Assembly (NCBI GenBank): GCA_039805765.1
Contig: JBDLTP010000056.1
Span: 10,393 to 42,392 of the forward strand
DNA from: Pseudomonadota bacterium
Lineage (GTDB): Bacteria > Pseudomonadota > Gammaproteobacteria > Methylococcales > Methylomonadaceae
Length of the DNA: 32,000 nt
Direction of reading: 5' to 3'
Shown here: positions 18,197 through 27,399 of the stretch, one piece after another
How the letters are laid out: every line of letters begins with the position of its first letter
Position numbering within the stretch: position 1 is the first letter of the stretch
Notes under the pieces: generated by a model
What the model saw: the letters and a program-made list of their open reading frames with translations, nothing else
Told to the model about the DNA's origin: nothing
Database searches by the model: none
Translations under genes and position numbers: made by a program

Positions 18197-19964
18197 TTTC
18201 TAAGCTGCCTGTGCGGCAGCGAACAAAATCGTCAAAAGACACGCCGCGATTACCACTTTCTAAGCTGCCTGTGCGGCAGCGAACATACGTTGTACCAGTC
18301 AAATGCGGGGGTCGAGTTTCTAAGCTGCCTGTGCGGCAGCGAACCGAAGTTAACGCTGTTAAAGCCGCATTGTTGATTTCTAAGCTGCCTGTGCGGCAGC
18401 GAACAATAAATGATTACTTTAATAACAGGCACGCCATTTCTAAGCTACCTGTGCGGCAGCGAACTTTTATGCAGGAAGTGGCAATGCAAGTGAAGCTTTC
18501 TAAGCTGCCTGTGCGGCAGCGAACTTAAACAAAAGAAATTTTGCGAGTTTTATGCATTTCTAAGCTGCCTGTGCGGCAGCGAACCGCAATTCTGTGCAAT
18601 AGTTGCTGAGTTGTCTTTTCTAAGCTGCCTGTGCGGCAGCGAACTTTTCTCAAAAAATCGAAAGTGGTTATTAAGTTTTCTAAGCTGCCTGTGCGGCAGC
18701 GAAGTCTTCGGCGGCTTCTGCGTTCGCGTCTTGCTGTTTCTAAGCTGCCTGTGCGGCAGCGAACAAACATCCGTCATCAAAAGTAGGTATAACATCTTTC
18801 TAAGCTGCCTGTGCGGCAGCGAACCATCTATTCAAGCGATTACAATCACTATTGACTTTCTAAGCTGCCTGTGCGGCAGCGAACAATAAAGTCGATTAAA
18901 TGTATCGCCAACAATTTTTCTAAGCTGCCTGTGCGGCAGCGAACTTCCTTTTGTTCGCTTTATTGAAGTTGATTTCTTTCTAAGCTGCCTGTGCGGCAGC
19001 GAACGGAACAATTTGTAAGAACTGTATGCGATGCTTTTTCTAAGCTGCCTGTGCGGCAGCGAACTCATTATTAATTTCATTTGTGAGCGTGTGAGCTTTC
19101 TAAGCTGCCTGTGCGGCAGCGAACTTGTTGTGATACACATCCTCCGCCTTTTGTGGTTTCTAAGCTGCCTGTGCGGCAGCGAACCTACTGGTGACGGTAA
19201 CTCTAACACGACCACATTTCTAAGCTGCCTGTGCGGCAGCGAACTGATTTTTAAAGAGTATATTGAACGTGGTCTTTTTCTAAGCTGCCTGTGCGGCAGC
19301 GAACTCACCTATCTGTCTAAGCGACTTCTCATCGTATTTCTAAGCTGCCTGTGCGGCAGCGAACGGTAGAGTTATGCACAGGTAGAGTTATGCACATTTC
19401 TAAGCTGCCTGTGCGGCAGCGAACATTCGACCAAACGGGACAACCGATATCCAATGTTTCTAAGCTGCCTGTGCGGCAGCGAACTCAACGCGTCAATTTT
19501 TCGCTTTCATTCATATTTTCTAAGCTGCCTGTGCGGCAGCGAACAATAAGTAGATAATTTAGCTATTGAATTATCATTTCTAAGCTGCCTGTGCGGCAGC
19601 GAACGCGGCGGCGGCTTTTTCGCCACAGCGAACAGCTTTCTAAGCTGCCTGTGCGGCAGCGAACCGCGTTGATAATTGGTAATTCACGCGGTGTTATTTC
19701 TAAGCTGCCTGTGCGGCAGCGAACAACCACCTCACCACATACCTCGCTGGTCGATTTTTCTAAGCTGCCTGTGCGGCAGCGAACCATCATATCAAGCGTG
19801 CAGTCGAGCTTACACGTTTCTAAGCTGCCTGTGCGGCAGCGAACACAGGTTTATTTTTAATCTGTCACCACCTGTATTTCTAAGCTGCCTGTGCGGCAGC
19901 GAACTTTTACTTGCAGCTCACACCATTTTAAACGATTTTCTAAGCTGCCTGTGCGGCAGCGAAC
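18197..19964 (-). CRISPR. Type I-F CRISPR array, 30 repeats and 29 spacers
   Basis: A 28-bp repeat recurs at an exact 60-bp period (18197, 18257 ... 19937), so every spacer is 32 bp. The crRNA-sense (minus strand) repeat is GTTCGCTGCCGCACAGGCAGCTTAGAAA, with a 5-bp stem CTGCC/GGCAG and a 5-nt loop. This closely resembles the canonical I-F repeat. Two variant repeats occur at the low-coordinate end (G>A at 18447; C>G at 18704). Orientation follows from the I-F consensus, the cas genes and the leader at the high-coordinate end. Confidence 0.98.
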
Positions 19965-20095
19965 AGATTTTAAAATACGGTGAATGCAGTTGTATAGCTA
20001 TTTATGAAGGTTTTAACCTAATCTACCCATACAAAAAACAACTAAATACAACTGCTTGTTTTGTATGTAATTTTTAAAAAGCGAAAAAACTTGGG
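19965..20095 (-). promoter_or_regulatory. CRISPR leader (AT-rich, between the cas6f stop and the first repeat)
   Basis: 131 bp of AT-rich non-coding sequence directly abuts the leader-proximal repeat. It contains an imperfect inverted repeat: CATACAAAAAACAA (20028-20041) and TTGTTTTGTATG (20056-20067). No promoter elements could be assigned with confidence. Confidence 0.7.
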
Positions 20096-20740
20096 TCAAA
20101 ATTCCGGTACGGTAGAATTCGCACTTAAACCGTAACTGCTAAAATGCGTTCCCGAAGATACCAAAACATCTGTTTTTTTTATCCACAAACAAAACGTATG
20201 TCGATTACTCAAACTGTCTAACCGAATAAAAGGCATTGGCACGGCTTTTCTTGATAAATCACAATAACGAAACGCCATTTTATAAGTCGCATCGACTGGT
20301 GCCTTATCGGTCAATAATTGCACCGTTCCATTAAATGCGGTTTCAAAGTCTATGTCATGTCGCTTGGCATAACGTTTTGCCAGTCGAACCTGATTAGTTT
20401 TAGGTTGCTCTCGTTGATAAATCGCATAACCTTTTACTTTTTCAGGAACGGGTCGAATCGTAGTGCAATGCACATAATCCTTGAGATGTTCCAACCATTT
20501 TTGGGCATTAAAACGTATCAAGGTCGCTTCATCATGCGCGAATAAACGACATTTCCCCCCTAATACACTGTATTTTTCATCAGCAACATAGTCTGGAAAA
20601 GAAATCCCAATCGGCACACGTCCTTGGTCATCTTTCATTTCCACGAGGCCAAGATGGAGTTGACCAAAAAGTTTTGACCAAAGGAAATGGATATTGATTT
20701 CAGGATTCGGTAAAGGCGTTATTTCACAATAAAAGCGCAT
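20096..20740 (-). CDS. cas6f: CRISPR endoribonuclease Cas6f (Csy4)
   Basis: Colinear with Csy4: MRFYCEITPLP..., catalytic-position His29 in FGQLHLGL, basic helix NQVRLAKRYAKRHD, C-terminal YGLS...VPEF. I place the start at the ATG at 20740, 4 nt after the csy3 stop, which gives 214 aa. The ORF-track start at 20779 would overlap csy3. Confidence 0.9.
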   Translation of the reverse strand: MRFYCEITPLPNPEINIHFLWSKLFGQLHLGLVEMKDDQGRVPIGISFPDYVADEKYSVLGGKCRLFAHDEATLIRFNAQKWLEHLKDYVHCTTIRPVPEKVKGYAIYQREQPKTNQVRLAKRYAKRHDIDFETAFNGTVQLLTDKAPVDATYKMAFRYCDLSRKAVPMPFIRLDSLSNRHTFCLWIKKTDVLVSSGTHFSSYGLSANSTVPEF

Positions 20741-20744
20741 AACG

Positions 20745-21764
20745 TTATTCCTTGCCGCTTTGACCAAAGACGCCACCACGCACTAAAACTGCCATAACAT
20801 AGTGTTCTTGATCTTTAGTAGCCAGTTTTTCACCTAAAGCAAATTTATCAAATAAAGTGTAAAAATCGGCTTTATCTTTGGGGCTACGAAAAGCTTTGCC
20901 TAAAGTCGTTACTGCGCCATAAGGTTCAATAGCTATTGGACCAATAAGTGCGTCATTGAATTCGGGATACCATGTATCGATGGTACGCAACGCATTACCA
21001 ATTTTTTGCGAGTGCATTGCCGCAACGTCATCGACTTGATAGAGAATTTTACTTTTACTCCCTTTACCTTTATCAAGCACTAATTCCTCGCTAGGATACA
21101 CAGTTTGTGCCTTACCAACGAGTGCATAAGCATCAATATTGATAACTAAATACGCTAATTTACCACTCAGCGCATCGGCGATTTTATGGGTTAATATCTC
21201 TAAATCGGGCGTACTGGCATTGAAATCATTTAATGAAAAGGTGGTGGCATCAAATACCAACGGTTTATCATCACCCGTGTCTACGATAACTTCAATTTTT
21301 TTACATCCCACGCGGTTACGCCATAAATAACGGGCATTGGCGATATTGATAGCATAACGCTTCGCTAATTCTCTAAAACCTTCTTCCTTTATATAATCAA
21401 GGGCAACACGAGGGTATGATTGATTAAAATCTTTACCGTTACTTGCCGAAGGCTTTTCTACGCCACCCAAGACTTTCAAAGTAAACGACAGATGCAACGT
21501 ATCTTGATTTTCTCCTAATGCGCACGCATCTACGCGTTGTAAATTCGCTTTTTCTACCTCAGCATTGAGTTTCAACGGATCATTTTGAATTGCTGGTTTC
21601 AGTCGGTTCGAGATGGTTCCTCGCACAGATTTTTCAATTAATTTTAAAGGCGATGATGCTGGCCATGTTGCATTTTCTCGCCATGTTGTACCGTACAAAT
21701 AACCATCTGAAGAGACGAGTTTTTTTTCAAAAGCGAGTACTGATGCGTCATTTTTTGTTGCCAT
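20745..21764 (-). CDS. csy3: Type I-F Cascade backbone subunit Csy3 (Cas7f)
   Basis: Strong colinear similarity to Csy3: SVLAFEKKL, EKSVRGTISNRLK, ANARYLWRNRVG, HSQKIGNALRTIDTWYP, GPIAIEPYGAVT, HYVMAVLVRGGVFG. The ATG at 21764 is preceded by GGAG; the TTG at 21779 used by the ORF track is less likely. Confidence 0.93.
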   Translation of the reverse strand: MATKNDASVLAFEKKLVSSDGYLYGTTWRENATWPASSPLKLIEKSVRGTISNRLKPAIQNDPLKLNAEVEKANLQRVDACALGENQDTLHLSFTLKVLGGVEKPSASNGKDFNQSYPRVALDYIKEEGFRELAKRYAINIANARYLWRNRVGCKKIEVIVDTGDDKPLVFDATTFSLNDFNASTPDLEILTHKIADALSGKLAYLVINIDAYALVGKAQTVYPSEELVLDKGKGSKSKILYQVDDVAAMHSQKIGNALRTIDTWYPEFNDALIGPIAIEPYGAVTTLGKAFRSPKDKADFYTLFDKFALGEKLATKDQEHYVMAVLVRGGVFGQSGKE

Positions 21765-21765
21765 G

Positions 21766-22677
21766 TTATGAATCTCCAAGAATTGATAAAGTTGAAAGGG
21801 GTTGGCACAGATATAAATTTTTGTCAGCTACGACACGGTATTGCCATAGCATGTCGTCTAACTGATTAACGCGATAAGGCATGATAAATTCGCCTAATGT
21901 CACCACGCTTTCAGCAAAACGGTGAGGCGTATGTGTATCACGTTGATTTTTAGCAAAACCGACAGCCGAAATACCTTGAAAACCGGTTGCGATAGGAACA
22001 ATCCAACCGCTAGTTTGACGCTTACTTTCCCATGACACGTTACCGTTTTCATCTTCGCTCGCGCGGTGCATGACTTTGAGATGGTCAATTAGTGCAGTTA
22101 AGGCATCTTTTCCTGCTTTTTGGCTTTCGATGATTAAATCGCGGCGCTCAATTAAAACGTAACCCACCATGAGTTTTTTTAAGAGTTTTTTCATTTCACC
22201 GTCGTCATCTTCATCGACAACGATAATTTCAGCGCGTTGCTGTGATTTGCTTGGGAGTACATCCCCGCCTGCAAATTTCATTCGGTATAAATGATGATGA
22301 ATGCAAGTCTGAAATTCCTCGTACCTATCACTATCCACATTTTTATATTCAATCAGTAACGAAACGTCTAAGTGACAACGTGCTTCTTCGATGAAAGCCG
22401 GACGGTTTCCTGTTTTATCCAAAGGGTTTGCAGTGCCAATAATGGAATACACAAAATCGCCATCGCCTTTGTAGGTTTGTAAATTAAATTTATGGCAACT
22501 GACCGCAACACTTGTAAACTCAACATCACTAAAGCCTTTTTGATGAAGATGGCGCTGCAATGAATGAACGGCACCAAGCCACGCTGTCATCGCAGGAAAA
22601 CCAATCGTGTAGGGACTGCTCATCGCATTGGCGTTGTGAATTTTAATATGCGGGAGCAATAAAAAAAATCGTGTCAT
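21766..22677 (-). CDS. csy2: Type I-F Cascade subunit Csy2 (Cas5f)
   Basis: N-terminus FLLLPHIKIHNANAMSSPYTIGFPAMTAWLGAVHSLQRHL matches the Csy2 signature. ATGA start/stop overlap with csy1 at 22674-22677. Confidence 0.9.
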   Translation of the reverse strand: MTRFFLLLPHIKIHNANAMSSPYTIGFPAMTAWLGAVHSLQRHLHQKGFSDVEFTSVAVSCHKFNLQTYKGDGDFVYSIIGTANPLDKTGNRPAFIEEARCHLDVSLLIEYKNVDSDRYEEFQTCIHHHLYRMKFAGGDVLPSKSQQRAEIIVVDEDDDGEMKKLLKKLMVGYVLIERRDLIIESQKAGKDALTALIDHLKVMHRASEDENGNVSWESKRQTSGWIVPIATGFQGISAVGFAKNQRDTHTPHRFAESVVTLGEFIMPYRVNQLDDMLWQYRVVADKNLYLCQPLSTLSILGDS

Positions 22678-24068
22678 TTTAAAAACTCCTGATCTTTTTG
22701 AATGACGTGTTTGACTAAATGGCGAACTTCTCGTAATTCGAAATCGCTTAATTTAGTAGTCGTGTCTTTACATAAATACTCGTAAGTATCGAGTATCCAA
22801 TTGGCGAACTCACGAACGATTTCATCAAGCCAATCTGCTTGGTTTTCTCGTTGTTTTTCATAAATGTCATCTAGCCAAATTCGCTGCGCATAAGGCAATG
22901 ATTGATAATAATCACTCTTTGACCAGCCTAGCGGATATTGTCGAATCGTGAATACTTGATGTAGCACTTGCTCGATAATGTACTTGAGGTTGTTTTGAAT
23001 GCCTTGTCGAATAGCAAGATTATTGATATCCGCTTTAATCAATTTATCTAGCGATTGAAAGGCGTCTTGAAATGATTTGGCATACAAACTGTTTTTAAAA
23101 AAATTTGTTGTCGGTAATCGAACTTTACGGCGTGTGAGAACAGGCGGACAGCTTGGCAAAAGATAAGCTAGACCTTCATTTCTCACATTTAAGTAACTTA
23201 CATTTCCCATTTTTGTAAATTCAGTATGACTAAATCCAATTTGAGTTAAGCCCAATATTTCGTCAAATCCTTCAGAATGAAATTTATTGTCTTTTTTAAG
23301 CGCTTTAATAGGACGCCCTTCAAATAAAATATTAAAATCATCAATACGATTTTTCATTTCAAAAAGTATCATTGATGGTGTTACCAATGAAAGTAAATGG
23401 TAATTTTCATTAGAAATTGGGAAATAAATTTGCTTTATTAACTCATGTGTTGATTGTTGATTACCAACACCATAAAACACATCCAAGCTCAAATCCTTCA
23501 TTTTTTTATAATCAATACCAATTTTATTAATAAATTCAATCAATTGAGCTGAATCAGATTCAAAGTAATTAATTAAACGATTGCCATTACTTAAATTTGT
23601 ATTTAGTAAATGATAAAACTCGAAAATTAAAGTATTTGTAGCTGAATTACCCGATACATCAATCTTGACATCAAGATCCACGTTTCCAGTTTTAAGATAA
23701 CCATCATTTTGGGATTCACCGTAAAACAAAAATGTTGAAACATCCTTTATTTTTGGATTTGTGAATTTTGCAGGATGACTTGTCACATTTGGCTTTACTT
23801 GACTGACTATTTTTGCAAACCATTCATTGAGGTCATATTTTATTTCGGCTTCAGGTTTAAACTTAGATTCGGCTTTTATTGTGGCCTCATCTAACTTATT
23901 TTTTGCTTGTAATAACAATTCATTATTGAATTCTGTATCTTTAATTTTTTGAAGAAGTTGAGCATAATTTTTTCTTTTATCTCTAGTTTCTTGTTCTACT
24001 TTGCGTGTCAAAAAATCTATTTTTTGATTATCTAAAAACTGCCTTACTATTTTATTAATTTCACACAT
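22674..24068 (-). CDS. csy1: Type I-F Cascade large subunit Csy1 (Cas8f)
   Basis: Called from its position between cas2-3 and csy2, its size (464 aa from the ATG at 24068, preceded by GAGGA) and typical Csy1 composition. The sequence is divergent, as is usual for Cas8f. The ORF-track start at 24101 overlaps the cas2-3 end and is less likely. Confidence 0.8.
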   Translation of the reverse strand: MCEINKIVRQFLDNQKIDFLTRKVEQETRDKRKNYAQLLQKIKDTEFNNELLLQAKNKLDEATIKAESKFKPEAEIKYDLNEWFAKIVSQVKPNVTSHPAKFTNPKIKDVSTFLFYGESQNDGYLKTGNVDLDVKIDVSGNSATNTLIFEFYHLLNTNLSNGNRLINYFESDSAQLIEFINKIGIDYKKMKDLSLDVFYGVGNQQSTHELIKQIYFPISNENYHLLSLVTPSMILFEMKNRIDDFNILFEGRPIKALKKDNKFHSEGFDEILGLTQIGFSHTEFTKMGNVSYLNVRNEGLAYLLPSCPPVLTRRKVRLPTTNFFKNSLYAKSFQDAFQSLDKLIKADINNLAIRQGIQNNLKYIIEQVLHQVFTIRQYPLGWSKSDYYQSLPYAQRIWLDDIYEKQRENQADWLDEIVREFANWILDTYEYLCKDTTTKLSDFELREVRHLVKHVIQKDQEFLK

Positions 24069-24078
24069 TTTAAATTCC

Positions 24079-27000
24079 TCAGTATAGTGATAGCATCCCA
24101 AATTGATCCGAATAAACTAATTTTTGTTTATCTGAATTTGGAATAGTGATTTCCCCAAAACGTTTTGATTTTTTGAGCATGAGTTGCTCCTCTTCATTTT
24201 CTTGTGTGTTGCTATCAATTAATCGACGAAGAGCAGTTTCATAATCTCTTTCGAGCCATAATTTTGATTTTTCATCATGTGTAAATGCTGGAAAAGAGGT
24301 AACATTTTGTCGCTCTGTACAAGGAATAAATTCCCCACTTTCTGTTTTTTCACAAAAAATAGCTTTGTCATCACGCCAAACCAAATACAGCGTAATATCT
24401 GGGCGACTATCCCGAAATCGGTTAAGTTGTTGCGGCACGGCAGTTAACCACCAAGATTCACTTAACCATGCTTGCAGTCCTTGTGGGCCTTTAGTTTGAT
24501 ATTGCGTTAGGCTGTTATTGATTGCTTGATGTTCTAAATCAGCTAATTGGTATTTAGGCCGCAAATTTTCGGGTTGTTGAATACGAGGAATTGCATTGAT
24601 AGCTTTGTTAATGGCGACTTCATCAATCAATTGAGTTATATCATTGGATGCTAGTTTTAACGTATTGACTTCATATCCAGGGCGGCAATAAGCCGGTTTT
24701 TTATCTTGACGCAACGCTTTTAAGTTATATTGCATGATAGCGATATTGGGCTGATTCACCGCCGCTTGTCGATGGCGACGCACTCTTCCGGCCAGCTGGA
24801 TAATCGAGCGATAAGAAGACGGCTCAATGATTGCCCAATCAAAATCGTGATCTCGCCCTACTTCTTCAACCGGCGTGGCTACGAGAATAAACAACACATT
24901 TTTGGCACTCGTTGAATCAAGATGTGATCGAATAAGTGGATTTTCAAAAGCCTTGGGTATTTCGCCTGACTTTTCTTTGCGTTTTAACACATCGTCTAAA
25001 TGTTGCTCTTGCTCATGACGCAATAACAGCACTTGACGACTGTGATAAGCCATCACTTTAGGCGCTATCGTATCCTCCCATTCAGCTTGCAATAAAAAAT
25101 AGGTGAGATTGATGCACGGTGGGATATTTGCCATCCGAATGACGCCAAATGAGACGAATTTACCGGTTTTTTGATCAAAACTATGGTGCTGTTGGTGTAG
25201 ATTAATTGCGGCTTCTTTGATCTTCGCGAAATACTGCTTTTGCAACGATATTTGCTCATCTCTGAGGGTCAATAAATCATCACAACGCACGATAATGGCT
25301 TTGCGTTTGACCGTTTGTTGTTCCAGTTTGATTACGCGCTTAGCAATAAATTGCCGATGAAAATTTTGATAAGTTTGACAGCGCTCAATTGAATTAGCAT
25401 TCTCTATGCGATGAGTCTCCGTACCAAATTCATCAATCCATGCACAGGCGATTTGTGAATGTGATGCCTTGAAATGACTATGCAAAGTCCAGCCGGCTTG
25501 GTAAGCATTAAAAAAACCTTCTGCCAATGCGGGCGGAATCGTTGCAGAGGAAATCATGACTTTTCGACCCAACATCCCCGCTAAATGAATTAAGCGCCCA
25601 ATGGCAATTAAGTCGTTACCATCAAAATCATCAACTTCATCAATCACCAAGTCCGATGACAATAAACGCAAACTCGGCAAAATATATTTACCACCTCGCG
25701 TTGTTTCGGTAGCCGCAATGATGTGATCGATAGTGCAAGCCAAAACGGGTTTATACAAAAAGGCTTTGTTTTTTTCGGCTAGTTTTGGCTTGTATTTTGG
25801 AATGATGGCATCTAAAAAATCAGCCGTAGGTGCCTCGTCATAATCCAACTCTTCGTTTAACAAAGCTTCTAAAGACTCTGAGCCCGATTCTTCAAAATCA
25901 GATTGCTCATCAACGTTTGATGTGGCTTTTTCATGAAGTTCTTTGATAGCAGATGAGCCAATTAAGACAGCAAGTTCGTCATGTTTTAAACCAATACGAT
26001 CTCGATATTCATCACCCGTTTGCAGCGTCAATGTTCGCAGACCCAAGGCCAGAATGAAACGCAGTGTTTCGCCATCGCCCGATAAAGCTCGCATAATTTT
26101 AGCGTTGGCAATGGTTTTACCACAGCCTGTACTTGCCATATTGACAATAAACCAGCCATAACCCGCCTCATTTGAACTTTGCTGCTCGAGTTTAAAGCGG
26201 TTAATTCTATCGACGGCTTTATCTTGCCACTGATAGCCATCGGGACTTTTTTGTTTTAGGCTTTTAATGTCATACGCCTTATCCATATCAGTAGTAAAGC
26301 GCGATAAATTTTGACTAATTCGCAGGGCGTGACCACAAACATTCACTAAATGTTCATCGAGTTTTTGCTTAGGCTGTCGATGATGATCCGTATTGGCAAT
26401 TAGAGAAACTGCCGTTTTCCACTTCGTATCAGCATCGCATGACGAATAATAGTGATCACCCAGCATCAAACATAATCTGGCATGGTGCAGCACTAATCGA
26501 TAAGCGCCATTATCTAACAATTGTTGAATTTGAGGCTCAAGGGGTAGTAATTTTGCGGACCATTTTTTTAATTGCTTTAGCCAAGGTATGGACTGACTCA
26601 GCAAGCCTTCGGGAAATTCAAAACAAGCCTTTAAGCGTTTTCCATCGTCATTTTGATTTTGATAATGCCATGAAGAAGAAATACTTTTTAGCATTCTTTG
26701 TATATCTTCCCTTGCTTGCGTATCTTCTTGTTTTGGATTGGTACTAGAAGGTAGACGATGATGCGTCAAAATCAACCAACCGACCAATTGAGCAATCGGT
26801 GGTAAGCCATCTAATGGTTTAGGATTGTTACTGATAACCATTTTTATAAGGATTTGCTCGTTAAATTCGCCGCTCGCCAATAGCTTTAACCAGGCTTCAT
26901 CTGTATTTCCAGCTTGCTTAACCAGTGCATTAAGCAACAAACATGAAATCCATTCGTGGCGCAATGGATCCCCTAATCGACTATTCGTTTTTAATTTACG

Positions 27001-27399
27001 TTGAAATAACGCGGTGGCTTTCCCCCAGTCATGTAGTAACGCAGCAATTGCCACCAATGCTTTAATAATGGGCAAATAGTGCCAATCGTTTTCCCACTCA
27101 CTATTCATTACATTTTTCCGTGTGGTATTCACCGGCACAACACCCTCAAGATTAAACTGTTTACGACTGCCCACAATCCAAACCAACTCACTGCGACTTC
27201 TTGACCGTATCCAGTGACAAGAAACGGCGGTATTTTTGGTGGCTGTTTTTCGCAGTAATGTTTTGACAGCAATCAGGCCATCTTCGGTAATAATCGTCTG
27301 CCATGTGTTGTCGCCAATTCGATTGGCAAACGCATCCAGTACGCGACGGGTTCGGTTAAGGGCTTTTTTCTCGCATTGACTAACGAAACTGACCATCAT
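24079..27399 (-). CDS. cas3f: Cas2-Cas3 fusion (Cas2/3, type I-F nuclease-helicase)
   Basis: N-terminal Cas2-like segment (SQCEKKALNRTRRVLDAFANRIGDNTWQ). HD nuclease motifs are LHDWGKAT and LTHHRL. SF2 helicase motifs are MASTGCGKT (I), IDEVDDFD (II) and QLAGRVRRH (VI). The ATG at 27399 overlaps the cas1 TGA (ATGA). Confidence 0.95.
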   Translation of the reverse strand: MMVSFVSQCEKKALNRTRRVLDAFANRIGDNTWQTIITEDGLIAVKTLLRKTATKNTAVSCHWIRSRSRSELVWIVGSRKQFNLEGVVPVNTTRKNVMNSEWENDWHYLPIIKALVAIAALLHDWGKATALFQRKLKTNSRLGDPLRHEWISCLLLNALVKQAGNTDEAWLKLLASGEFNEQILIKMVISNNPKPLDGLPPIAQLVGWLILTHHRLPSSTNPKQEDTQAREDIQRMLKSISSSWHYQNQNDDGKRLKACFEFPEGLLSQSIPWLKQLKKWSAKLLPLEPQIQQLLDNGAYRLVLHHARLCLMLGDHYYSSCDADTKWKTAVSLIANTDHHRQPKQKLDEHLVNVCGHALRISQNLSRFTTDMDKAYDIKSLKQKSPDGYQWQDKAVDRINRFKLEQQSSNEAGYGWFIVNMASTGCGKTIANAKIMRALSGDGETLRFILALGLRTLTLQTGDEYRDRIGLKHDELAVLIGSSAIKELHEKATSNVDEQSDFEESGSESLEALLNEELDYDEAPTADFLDAIIPKYKPKLAEKNKAFLYKPVLACTIDHIIAATETTRGGKYILPSLRLLSSDLVIDEVDDFDGNDLIAIGRLIHLAGMLGRKVMISSATIPPALAEGFFNAYQAGWTLHSHFKASHSQIACAWIDEFGTETHRIENANSIERCQTYQNFHRQFIAKRVIKLEQQTVKRKAIIVRCDDLLTLRDEQISLQKQYFAKIKEAAINLHQQHHSFDQKTGKFVSFGVIRMANIPPCINLTYFLLQAEWEDTIAPKVMAYHSRQVLLLRHEQEQHLDDVLKRKEKSGEIPKAFENPLIRSHLDSTSAKNVLFILVATPVEEVGRDHDFDWAIIEPSSYRSIIQLAGRVRRHRQAAVNQPNIAIMQYNLKALRQDKKPAYCRPGYEVNTLKLASNDITQLIDEVAINKAINAIPRIQQPENLRPKYQLADLEHQAINNSLTQYQTKGPQGLQAWLSESWWLTAVPQQLNRFRDSRPDITLYLVWRDDKAIFCEKTESGEFIPCTERQNVTSFPAFTHDEKSKLWLERDYETALRRLIDSNTQENEEEQLMLKKSKRFGEITIPNSDKQKLVYSDQFGMLSLY

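Noticed and set aside
18179-20077. A dozen ORFs of 60-158 aa on both strands with reiterated peptides (LSCLCGSE, KLPVRQRT, SLPHRQLR, RCRTGSLE)
   Set aside because: They are translations of the 28-bp CRISPR repeat at a 60-bp (20-codon) period. The periodic peptides are an artefact of the array, not genes.
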